From: an uncultured Candidatus Saccharibacteria bacterium
GTDB lineage: Bacteria; Patescibacteriota; Minisyncoccia; Phycocordibacterales; SBAW01
NCBI GenBank assembly: GCA_964615415.1
Contig: CAZTNI010000003.1
Span: 15,235-79,234 of the forward strand
Reading direction: 5' to 3'
Length of the DNA: 64,000 nucleotides
Position 1 is the stretch's first letter. Each line of letters starts with the position of its first letter. Below, one piece after another: positions 49,501 to 61,500 of this stretch. Under the pieces are notes generated by a model. That model saw only the letters and a list, made by a program, of their open reading frames with translations, made no database searches and was not told where the DNA came from. The translations under genes and the position numbers were made by a program.

Positions 49501-52500
49501 GGATCGAACGACGTTGTCGTTAGTACCGATCCAGGAGAAAACCTGGTGCTTCAAACCAGCGGCTCTTCAAACATCGAATTTAATCCAACGGGCGGCCAGA
49601 TTTTGTTTAAAAATACGGTTAACGTAACAGCGGGTAAGAGTATTACCACTACTGACCTGTCTGCACTTTCGATACCAAACGGTGTTGCGGCAGGAAATAT
49701 CACTGTTTCGGGTAATGCAATTACTGCAACAAACCTTAACGGTGGCATTTCTATTACTCCAACGGGCACCGGCGGTACGTATGTCACTGCGGGCAACTTT
49801 GGTATTGCAACAACATCGCCACTCGCAAAGCTCGATGTGTATGGCAACATGATCCTTTCTGGTACGGGTCGTTACATTAACTTCGACTACACCACAGGCT
49901 CGTCTGGCTACGGATTCCGCGACAATAGCGGCGTTCTTGAATTTAAAAACGCAAACGGTGCATGGGCGCCGTTTGCGTCATCAACTGGATACTTGGCACT
50001 CTCAAGTTGGTATGCAACCACGACAGATGGTCTTGATGAGGGGTCAACAAACCAGTACTACACCAATGAGCGTGTCGATGATCGTGTAGGGACTCTTTTG
50101 CAAGCAGGTTCAGGCGTCACGCTTAACTACAACGACGGTTCTGACACGCTTACCATCAGCGCAACGGGCGGCGGTGGCGGCGGAACCGACGTAAACTGGA
50201 CCTATTTCAACGGCTCAGGGTTATACCCATCGACCTCTACAAACCAGGTGTTAGTGGGCGGCACGTCGACGTCGTCGCTTCAGTCGCCACTCGCAAAACT
50301 CGGCGTCATTGGTGGTGCGTCTATCGACTACGCATCAACAACGGGTATCACCTCAAGTTATGCATCTTCAACAGCGGCATACTTTGGCAGTTTGTCAGTA
50401 GGAAATTTGACCGGCATTTTGCAGGCAATTAATGGCACAGTGTCTGCATCGTCATCAGTGTCGGTAGCGTTTGGCGGTACAGGACTTACCACAGCACCAA
50501 CGTACGGCCAACTTCTTATGGGTACTGCAGCGGGGGGATACTCGCTTGTTGCAACATCGTCACTTGGCATAACCGGCACTACGTACACATTTAATTATCC
50601 GCTTACAGAGTCTGCTGGGGTTGTGTCGCTTGCGTTTGGTACCACAACAGCAAACACCTGGAGCGCACACAACAGTTACTCAAGTCTTTTTGCAACAAAT
50701 GCATCAACAACAAATGCAACAACAACCAATTTTGCGGTAACCGGGCTTACAAACACACTGGTTAAGACAAATGCTTTGGGGCAGCTTGTTGCTGCAATTG
50801 CCGGTACGGACTACCAAACCTTTGCATACCCATTCCCATCAAACGCAACCACCACCTCTATCGCATTTAACGGCGGCCTTACCACAACCGGCGCAACGAT
50901 CGGTACATTGAACGGCCCATTGCAGGCAAACAACGGTGTCGTATCAGCAACCACATCTGTTGGCGTCCTCTATGGCGGTACAGGTCTTACTTCAATTGCA
51001 TCATCATCTATCTTGATCGGTAATGCGCAAGGCGGGTTTACTGCAGTTGCTACTTCGACACTTGGTTTTGCATCTGCTTCGTCTCTCTCAAACTACCTTT
51101 CGATCTCGGCATGGTATGCAACCACAACCGACGGGCTTGCGCAGGGCGTAACCAACCGCTACTACAGTGACACCCTTGTTGCTGCATACATTTCAGCATC
51201 ATCAACCATTCCGCATATTGGCGGCTCGGCATATGGCGATATGTTGTACTGGACGGGTACGGCATGGTCGACCCTTGCGACGTCGACACTCGGTCTTCCA
51301 ACATTTGCATCACTTGCAAGCTACCTCGCACTTGATGCGTGGTATGCAACAACAACTGATGGCTTGGATGAAGGTTCAAACAACCAGTACTTTACGCAGC
51401 AGCGTGCAACCGACAACTTCATTGCAAACCTTGCAGCAACAACGTCAGTTGCATCAATCACGACACTTCAAAATCTTTCAATTACTTCGTCACAAGTCTC
51501 TAACTTCAACACAAGTCTTAACTCATACATTCACTCTTCTACAACTATTCCAAAAACCTACACTGCAAATACGTTCACTGGGGCGCAGACATTTAGTGGT
51601 GGTCTCAGTATCTCAACCCTTAACGGTCCACTCCAGGCAAACAATGGGGTAGTATCAGCAACTACATCGGTCGGTGTGCTCTACGGAGGCACTGGCCTTA
51701 CCTCTACTCCAACCTACGGTCAGCTCCTTGTTGGCAACGGCACGGGCTACACCCTTACATCTACTTCATCACTTGGTCTTCTTTCATCAACATCGATCCA
51801 AGCTGTAGCACCGCTGTCATGGAACGCAAACACCGGCGCACTTTCTATCGCACAGGCAACAGCGTCAACTGATGGGTACCTTGCCTCAGCAGACTTCACC
51901 ACCTTCAACAATAAAGTTTCCTCATCGTCACTCATTGCCTTCAACAACACCTTCCGTGAATGGAGTCTTGTAAACGGTGTTCTCGTTCCGACCTCAACTG
52001 TAGGTGTCATTGTATCCGCATCGTCCACTATTAGTGGGGGTCTCACCGTTGTAGGCAACGCAACCTCAACTTCAGCGGCAATCACTTCAATTACCTCAAG
52101 CCTCCTCAAGACCAACTCTTTGGGGCAGCTTGTTGCTGCAGTAGCCGGAACCGACTACCTTACCTCTGCAAGTCTCGAGCCGAGCTTCACTTTTGCAACA
52201 AACTTCGGAGTACTTACTGCGGCTACATCATCAACCATCTGGGCACAGTCTGGTTTGTTTGCGTCTTCTACGTCACGTTTTGCAAACATCATTGCTGCTA
52301 ATGCAACCACCACCTCTCTATATATTGCATCGCTCACGGGCCCGCTCCAGGCAGTTAATGGCCAAGTGTCGGCAACCTCAACACTTTCAGTCGCATACGG
52401 CGGTACCGGCGCAACTACGTTGAATGACCTTATTACGCTCGGCACGCACACGACTGGCAACTTCCTTGCAACACTTGCAAATGGTGGAGGTCTTACAGTA

Positions 52501-55500
52501 AGTGGTTCAGGTTCTGAAAATGCAGGAGTAACCGTAGCACTCGACCTTACGAATCAAAACAATTGGACGGGTCTCCAGCGCTTTGTAAACGCATCATCAA
52601 GTGCGCTTTCTGGAACAATCGCCTCGTTTGGTGGCACTGCAACGTCATCATTCGGCGTTGATGGTGCATTAACGCTCGCGGGTGGGCTTAACGGTCCGCT
52701 CCAAGCAAACAACGGTGTGGTATCTGCAACGACTTCTATAGGTGTGAAGTATGGCGGTACTGGTCTTACAACAGCGCCGTCATACGGTAACGTGCTTGTG
52801 GGTGATGGCTTGGGTGGGTACACACTCACTTCAACATCATCACTCGGTCTTGGCGGTGGTGGTTCACAGTGGATCACTAATGCTGCAGACTTGTACTACA
52901 CGACTGGCAATGTCGGTATCGGCACAACATCTCCAAGTGGCAAACTCACCATCGCTGGTGGCAGCATTATTCATACAGCTTCGAGCTCTCCGGTTATCGC
53001 AAGTAGTACTAATACTGCGAGTGTGACGTACGGAAGTTATGTAGTTGGTAAGTACGCATATGTTGCAGACTTTGCGAGCGGTTTGCGCATTTTCGACATC
53101 ACCAGTCCGAAGAACCCGGTGCAAGTGGGCGCATACACAGGCATTAGTGGCGCAGTCTCAGTTGTGGTTGCAGGGAAGTATGCGTTCGTGAGCGACAACA
53201 CCGTTGGCCTTAACGTCATCGATGTTTCAAGTCCTGCGGCGCCGGTGCGTGTTGGTCAGCTTTCGACTGCAGGCCGCGCGTTTACGATGGAGCTTTCGGG
53301 TAAATACATCTACTACCCAGACATTTTGAGCGGTTTGGTAAAAGTAATTGATATTAGTAACCCAGAGTCGCCGGTCGTTGCAGGTACATTCGACACTGGC
53401 GGCGAGCCGTACGGCATTGCGCTTTCGGGCAAGTACCTCTTTGTTGGTGACCAGTTGAACGCAGTTATCGACATTCTCGATATTTCGAACCCAGTCTCAC
53501 CACTTTTGGTGCAGCAGTACTCTCCGATGGGTAGCCCAACAGGTATGTACGCCTCGGGTCGGTACCTCTATGCAGCAGATGCCACCGCAGGCCTCACCAT
53601 CTTCGATATTTCTGACCCGGCAGACATTACTGAAGTAGGGAATTATGGCGGCAACTTCTTTAGTGTCCAAGTAGCGGGCGAGTATGCATACGTAGGTAGC
53701 AGCGCAGGTGTTGTGTCAGTACTCGACATCCACGCTCCAGAGAGTCCAAAGTTTGTCGGCAGCTATTCTGCAGGTGCAAACGCTCGTAACATCTTCCTTT
53801 CTGGTAAGTATGCATACGTTGCAGCATCGGCAAACGGCTACCGCATCCTCGACATAAACGGTACACAAACGCCGTCAGCGACCATCGGCTCGCTCGAGGC
53901 AGATGTTGCAGTCGTAAATGACAACCTCCGTGTCGGAGGAAATATTTTGGCGCAAGGCGGTCTCGATGTTGGTATCTCAGGTATCTTCTCGCGCGGTGCA
54001 CTCGGCGTGTTTGTTGCATCATCAACACAAACGAACGCAGTCGCAGCAACCTTTATGGGTGGGTACGTCGGCATCGGCACCACGACTCCAGGCCGTGCAC
54101 TCGCAATAGAAGGTGCGTCACTCCTCGGCAACAGTGCAACTGCAGGGTATTTCACTGCTACAACGACAACTGCATCACAATTCCCATACGCATCGACAAC
54201 CGCTATCACTGCAACAACAGCGTCAACAACCAACCTCTATATCTCTGGCGTCCTTTCATCACTCCTTAAGACAAATGCATCAGGCCAGGTGGTTGCAGCA
54301 GTCGCCGGCACTGACTACGCAAACTTCGCATACCCATTCATCAACAGTGCAACCTCATCACTCCTTACATTCTCTGGCGGTCTCACTGTCTCAGCAGGCA
54401 ACCTGACGCTTGGTTCTCTTAATGGCCCACTCCAGGCAAACAACGGTGTCGTATCAGCAACCACATCTGTTGGGGTACTCTACGGCGGCACTGGCCTTAC
54501 CTCTACTCCAACCTACGGCCAGCTCCTCTTAGGCAACGGCACAGGCTACACACTTACCTCAACCTCATCACTCGGTCTTCTCTCAGCACTCACTCGTGAC
54601 TGGAACATGACGAATGGCTACCTTGCTCCTACAACGACCGTGGGCATCATTGTTGCTGCATCTTCGACTATTGGTTCTGGTTCACAAACTGGTGGTCTTA
54701 CCATTAACGGTGGTGCAACAACAACGGGCAACGCTTACTTTGCAGGGAATGTAGGAATTGGCACGTCGAACCCTAGTGCAAAATTAACGGTAGAAACTTC
54801 GTCGGCAAATCCCGCATTGGTGATTAATGGCACTGATGCTAACGACTGGATTAGTTGGCACTTCCAGCGACAGGGAACTGCAAAAGCAGGATTTGCGATA
54901 TCGAACCTCGGCACATATGGCGGCAATGCGTTTACCATCTCTACACATAACGGTGTAGGGTGGCAAGATTCAGCTGTGTTTGAAAGCGGTGCTCCTACCG
55001 GTACGTTGTATGCAACAGCAGCTGGCAACCTTGGTGTCGGCACCACGGCCCCAGCTTACAAACTCGATGTAGCAGGCTCTATAAATGTAGACGAATATTC
55101 GGGTTACAAGTTGGGTGGCAATACAGTGTTGTACGCTTCAACTACAAACACGTCGCTTGCGGTGGGGGCGTCAGCAGCTGCTTCATGGATGGCTGCATCG
55201 TCAACTGTGTGGAATAGTGTTGCAATCGGTTCTGGTGCTCTTGCCACAGCCCCTGTTAATGCAAATGCAATCAATAACATGGCGATTGGCACGAATGCGC
55301 TTCGCAACCTTACGACGGGCACAAACAACGTGGGTATTGGTAAGGACACGCTGTACACCAACACTTCTGGTTCAGAAAACTTCGCACTTGGTACCGGAGC
55401 TTTGTACTACAATAATGGCGACTATAACGTTGGTATTGGCGCTGGTGTGCTCCAAAACAACACGACTGCAAGTTACAACATCGGTATTGGCCGCCTCTCG

Positions 55501-58500
55501 CTCCAAAACAACACAACTGGCGCTAACAACATCGGCATTGGCGGCGCAACGCTTAACCAGGCAACATCTTCAAGCAACAACACTGCTATCGGTCACTACG
55601 CAGGGTACTCAATTTCTGGAGCAACAGGAGATGTGGGAGCAGGCAACACACTTATTGGTTATCAGGCAGGTACGGACATTACAACCGGTAGCTACAACAC
55701 GATCCTCGGGTACTTCACTGGCAGTGGCAGTTCAGTAACGACCGGCAGCAACAATATCCTTATTGGCCAGGATGTCCGCGCAGGTCTTACTCAAACAGGG
55801 TCTAACCAACTTAATATTGGTAACCTCCTCTTTGGTACCGGCCTTGGGAGTGGAACGACTGGTGCGTCGGGCAACATTGGTATCGGCACATCATCACCAT
55901 ACGCAAAACTTTCTGTAGCGGGGGACATTGTTGGTACAAACATAACCGCAACAGGCACATTGTCAGTTGCTGGCAACACCACACTTGCAAACGCAACATC
56001 ATCAGCGTTTGCTATCACTTCAATTGCGTCAGCATTGTTGAAGACAGATGCGTCAGGAAATATCATCCCAGCAGTTGCAGGCACTGACTACGTTGCTGGT
56101 TCGTCATACTTCTCATACCCATTCCCGTCAAACGCAACAACAACTGCAATTGCGTTCAACGGAGGTCTTTCAGCAAGTGCATTTACACTCGGTACACTCA
56201 ACGGCCCACTGCAGGCAAACAACGGGGTAGTGTCAGCAACAACATCTGTTGGTGTTCTCTATGGCGGCACAGGACTTACCTCAATCGCATCTTCAACCCT
56301 CATTATCGGCAACGCACAGGGCGGCTTCTCACCAATCGCAACCTCATCACTTGGTCTTGTTGCATTTGCTGACCTCACACCATACGCACTTGCGTCACAA
56401 ACCTTCGGCAAAGCATGGGAGATTACGAACGGCTACCTTGCTCCAACTTCAACGCTCGGCATCATTGTTGCGGCTTCATCAACGATCGGTGGTGGTACAC
56501 AGACTACAGGTCTTACCGTTAATGGTGGTGCGACGACGACTGGTAACTTAATAGTGCAGGGAAGTGGCACATCAACTATTGCTACTGCGCTTGCTATCGG
56601 CGGCGATGGTTCGGGCGCATATCAAGATGCTATGGACTTTGTTGTCGGTTCTCTTACAGGAGCAAACGGTATGACTATCCGCTCAGGCACCGCAGGTGTT
56701 GGAAACATCTTCTTCTCTGATGGTGTTTCTGGCTCTGCACAATATGCAGGAATGATCTCATACAGTCATTCGTTCGACCGGTTCCAAATCACTACCGGTG
56801 GTTCGGGCTACAGCGGCTCAAACGGTATGTACATTACCTCAAACGGCAACACTGCTATCGGTACCACAACCCCATACAGCAAGCTCACCACCTGGGGCAC
56901 CGGCTCACTCTTCGAAGCAGTTACAAACGCATCAACAACTATCTTCAAGATCGGCCAAGCAGGTGCAACCACAACAGCTCTCGCAATCTCGTCGATCACC
57001 TCATCACTCCTCAAGACCGACGCAAACGGTAATGTTATTCCAGCAGTCGCCGGCACTGACTACGCAAACTTCGCATACCCATTCATCAACAGTGCAACCT
57101 CATCACTCCTTACATTCTCTGGCGGTCTCACTGTCTCAGCAGGCAACCTGACGCTTGGTTCTCTTAATGGCCCACTCCAGGCAAACAACGGTGTCGTATC
57201 AGCAACCACATCTGTTGGGGTACTCTACGGCGGCACTGGCCTTACCTCTACTCCAACCTACGGCCAGCTCCTCTTAGGCAACGGCACAGGCTACACACTT
57301 ACCTCAACCTCATCACTCGGTCTTCTCTCAGCACTCACTCGTGACTGGAACATGACGAATGGCTACCTTGCTCCTACAACGACCGTGGGCATCATTGTTG
57401 CTGCATCTTCGACTATTGGTTCTGGTTCACAAACTGGTGGCCTGACCATCAACGGCGGCGCAACGACGACGGGGAATGGGTATGTTGCAGGAACTTTCGG
57501 AGTTGGCACGACAACACCGGTCGGTACTTTTGGCGTAAATGGCACTTTGAAAGTCTTCTCGTCTACTTGGGCAACAAGTAGTATTTCCGGTCCGTTTGAA
57601 ATTATGGGTCCCGACACTGGCGACAGTACACTCCTTCGTCTTGCGGGAACGCGTCCGTGGGAATTTAAAGAAAATGGATCAGGCGCAGGTAGTGGGCTCG
57701 GCTTGTACAGCTTGAATGCTGACGGATCTCAGGGTAATAAATGGTTCACCATCTTCACCTCGCGCACTAACTTGGCGGGTCAGGATGGAACACAACGTTT
57801 TACCTTTAATCACGACTCTGGTGCTATGACGGGAGGCAATGTTTCTCTCGAGTCATGGGCAGCGACATCAGTTGGGTTGAAAATCACTGCAACCACAACT
57901 CAAACAGCAGACCTTACGCAGTGGTTGAATGAAAGTAATGCTCTGGTGGCGAACGTAACTGCTGCGGGTAACTTTGGTCTCGGCACCTCTTCTCCATACG
58001 CAAAACTTTCTGTCGCAAGTAGTACTGGTACGCTCATTGCGGCGGATGCGCCGTCAGCCTTTAGCGGCACCCTTCTTGACCTTAAGGTTGCATCATCATC
58101 AGTCTTTACAGTAGGTGCAGCAGGTGCAACCACTACCAACCTTGCAGTCACGGGCATCACCTCAAGTCTCCTCAAGACAAACGCACTCGGCCAGCTTGTT
58201 GCAGCAGTAGCAAACACCGATTACTCAGCATTTGGCTACCTCTTCCCAGCAAATGCAACGACAACAGGTCTTGGCCTCTACGCTTCAACAACAATCGGTG
58301 CAGGCACTCAAACAACAGGCCTCACCATTTCTGGCGGCGCGACGACGACTGGCAACTTGTATATTGCGGGGAATGTAGGTGTTGCTTCAACTACTCCATG
58401 GGCACGTCTCTCGGTAGATACTTCAAGTTTGGCAGTAGGTGTTCCTGCATTTGCAGTAGGATCATCAACACGCACTGACTTTGTTGTTACCCAGGCAGGC

Positions 58501-61500
58501 CAAGTGGGCATAGGCACCTCCACACCAAGCGCATCTAGCCTCCTCCATATAGTTGGCGAAACGACTGGTAATAACACGGCGGTGATGGCAACGATCCAAA
58601 ACTACAACGCACAGGGGAGAGCAACCTTCTCTGCGGCGAATAATCAAGGCGACACCGCAGGTTTTCAAGTGACTGGGCCAAGCTTGTCTGGTCTTAGTTT
58701 GGACCGCAGCGCCATCGTCTTTGGAACAGGCACTCGCCAGATGGTATTGATGCCTGACGGTAATGTTGGAGCGACGGGCACGTCCTCGATTCTCTTCCGT
58801 CTCGGTGGGTACAACGCGTCTCGCGATCTTATTGCCTTTACCTACCAGGGGTACCAGGGCATTGGCACAACGTCGCCGTTTGCAAAATTGCAGGTGGCAT
58901 CAAGTTCTGCAAATGCATCAAATTTTGGACAACTTGCGCTGACTGATACAAATGCAGGGACTAACCTTAAACATTGGTTAGTGTCTTCTCTCGGAGGCTC
59001 TCTCTTTATCGGCACAACGACTGATACATATGCAACATCAACTGTTGCTGCGCTTGCTATAAATCAAAATGGCCGCGTCACGATCGGAAATGATCTCACT
59101 GTTAACGGTAGTGCAACAACAACGGGCAACGCATACTTTGCAGGCAATGTTGCTATAGCTACTTCCTCGCCGTTTGGAAATGGGTGGCTGACTATAGGCA
59201 CATCTTCTCCACGTTTCTATGTAGACAATACAACTGGCAGTATTGGTATTGGCACTACAACACCAACCTCTACGTTGCATATAGTTGGTCGTTTGAGTGT
59301 CGGTTCTCCTTCAACTAACTCTACTGCGGAGAGAAATCTTTTCATTTCAGACTCTGGCGCAGCAGTTGCACGCGGCTCAAGCACAGTCTTGATCGGTAAC
59401 AATATAAACACCAACTCATCGGATCTTTCTACTTCGGGCACGGACTGCAGCGTGGTTGTTGGTAACAGTGCATCTACTCCGGGCGGCAACAACGATTATT
59501 GTCAGGTAGTTATCGGAGCAAGTGCCAAGGTTGCAATCTCTGTCTTAAGCGCGGCAGAGCCAAAAAACACAGTTATTGGTGCATCGGCGCTCTCACGAGA
59601 TGGTGCTGACAACGTTGCAATTGGTTATACAGCATCAACACGTGGATACAACGCAGTTGCAATTGGCTCAGGCGCGCTTGCTTCAAGTACTGGCGCAATT
59701 GCAATTGGTATGGGCACGCTTGCCTCAAGTACAAATTCTTTAGGTATCGGCAGAAATGCAGATGTTAGCGGAAATTCTTCGGGCAATATTGGCGGGACAA
59801 GTCTGACGGTTACTCAAGACAATACCTTCTCATACGGCATTACTTCAACAAAGCATGGTTTCGGCACAGTAAGTCCATCAGCACAACTCCATATCGCTTC
59901 CACTACTGGGTGGGGAGACATGTTTAAAATTACGGCAGGGAACCAACTCCTTGTTGTTAGTCAGCCAGGCAATCTTGGGTTGGGAACTTCTTCTCCGTAT
60001 GCGCGTCTTTCAGTCGCAAGCAGCACCGGTACGCTCATTGCGGCGGATGCTCCAAGTGGTTTCTCTGGCAAGCTTCTTGATCTTAAGGTTGCGTCGTCAA
60101 CAATCTTTAGTGTGGGCCCAGCAGGCGCAACCACAACCGCACTCGCTATTGCAAACCTTACGGCAGCAGACTGCGATGTGAAATCGACCACCGATGGCTC
60201 GCTCTACTGCGGTACAGACGCAACTGGTTCTGGGTCTGCATTCCCATTCATCACTACTTCGTACGGTGTTTCAACTTCGACCTTGGTTGGATTTACTAAC
60301 GGCATCCTCTCACTTGCATCAACAACAATTGGTGGCGGCACACAGACAACAGGCCTCACTATTTCTGGTGGCGCAACAACAACAGGCAATGCTTACTTTG
60401 CAGGAAATATTGGTGTTGGCACAATCTCTCCTGAAGTAAGTCTCCATGTTACAGCTCTGACCTCTTCGCCGCAGACATCTGGAACCACTGCAGCTGGAAG
60501 TCTTGCGCTTGAGACGACAAACGACAATGGCTTGTACTTCGGCTCGTACGGCACAACTCCATTTGGTTCATGGATCCAGGCAAGCAACCGTGCAGACCTT
60601 TCTATCTCGTACCCAATTATCCTTAACCCGAATGGTGGCAATGTTGGTATCGGCACCACCTCGCCATACGCAAAACTTTCTGTTGTTGGTTCTGTAGTGG
60701 CAGACAGCTTTGCTGCAACATCAACGACTGCAACGTCAACCTTTGCTGGCGGTCTTTCGGTAGGTAATGGCTCACTCCAGTACGACTTCTCAAGTGGAGT
60801 AACATCAATCGACAACCTGTCGCTCGGTGCACTTAACTTCGACACCGACGCAGGCATTCTTTCTTGGATAGACATGCCAGTTACTTCAAACGCATCGCAG
60901 GGGACTGTTATGAGCTACACAGCGCAGCTTGATGGCAACCCGCTTCTTACTGTCTACGGCGAGTCTAATGGGTCGGGCGGTATACAAAATACTGCGATTG
61001 GTATTGGCACCACCTCTCCATACGCAAAACTTTCTGTCTCTGGTGCAGTTGTTGCTGCAAACTTTGTTGCAACTACGACAAGTATCTCAAGCTTTACGTA
61101 CGCATCTACGACAGCGCTTTCTGCAGACACGCTCTGTCTTGCGGGCGACTGCCGTACCTCATGGCCATCGGGCGGCGCGGGGGCATATCCGTTTACTGTT
61201 TCTGGCAACGCAACCTCAACATTAACGCAATTTAACGCCGGCCTTACCGCATATGCATCGTCAACTATTGGCGCAGGTGCACGCGCTACTGGCCTTACAA
61301 TACACGGTGGTGCAACGACAACAGGTATTGCTTACTTTGCAGCAAATGTTGGTATTGGCACCACGTCGCCGTTCCGTCCACTTTCAATCTCTTCTGCAAC
61401 TGATGCAAATATTGAAATCTACAACTCTGCAAATGCGCGTGGTATGAAAATAGGTCTACTCGATGGCTTTAACGCGGGTATCGACTCTACAGGTGGTGCA

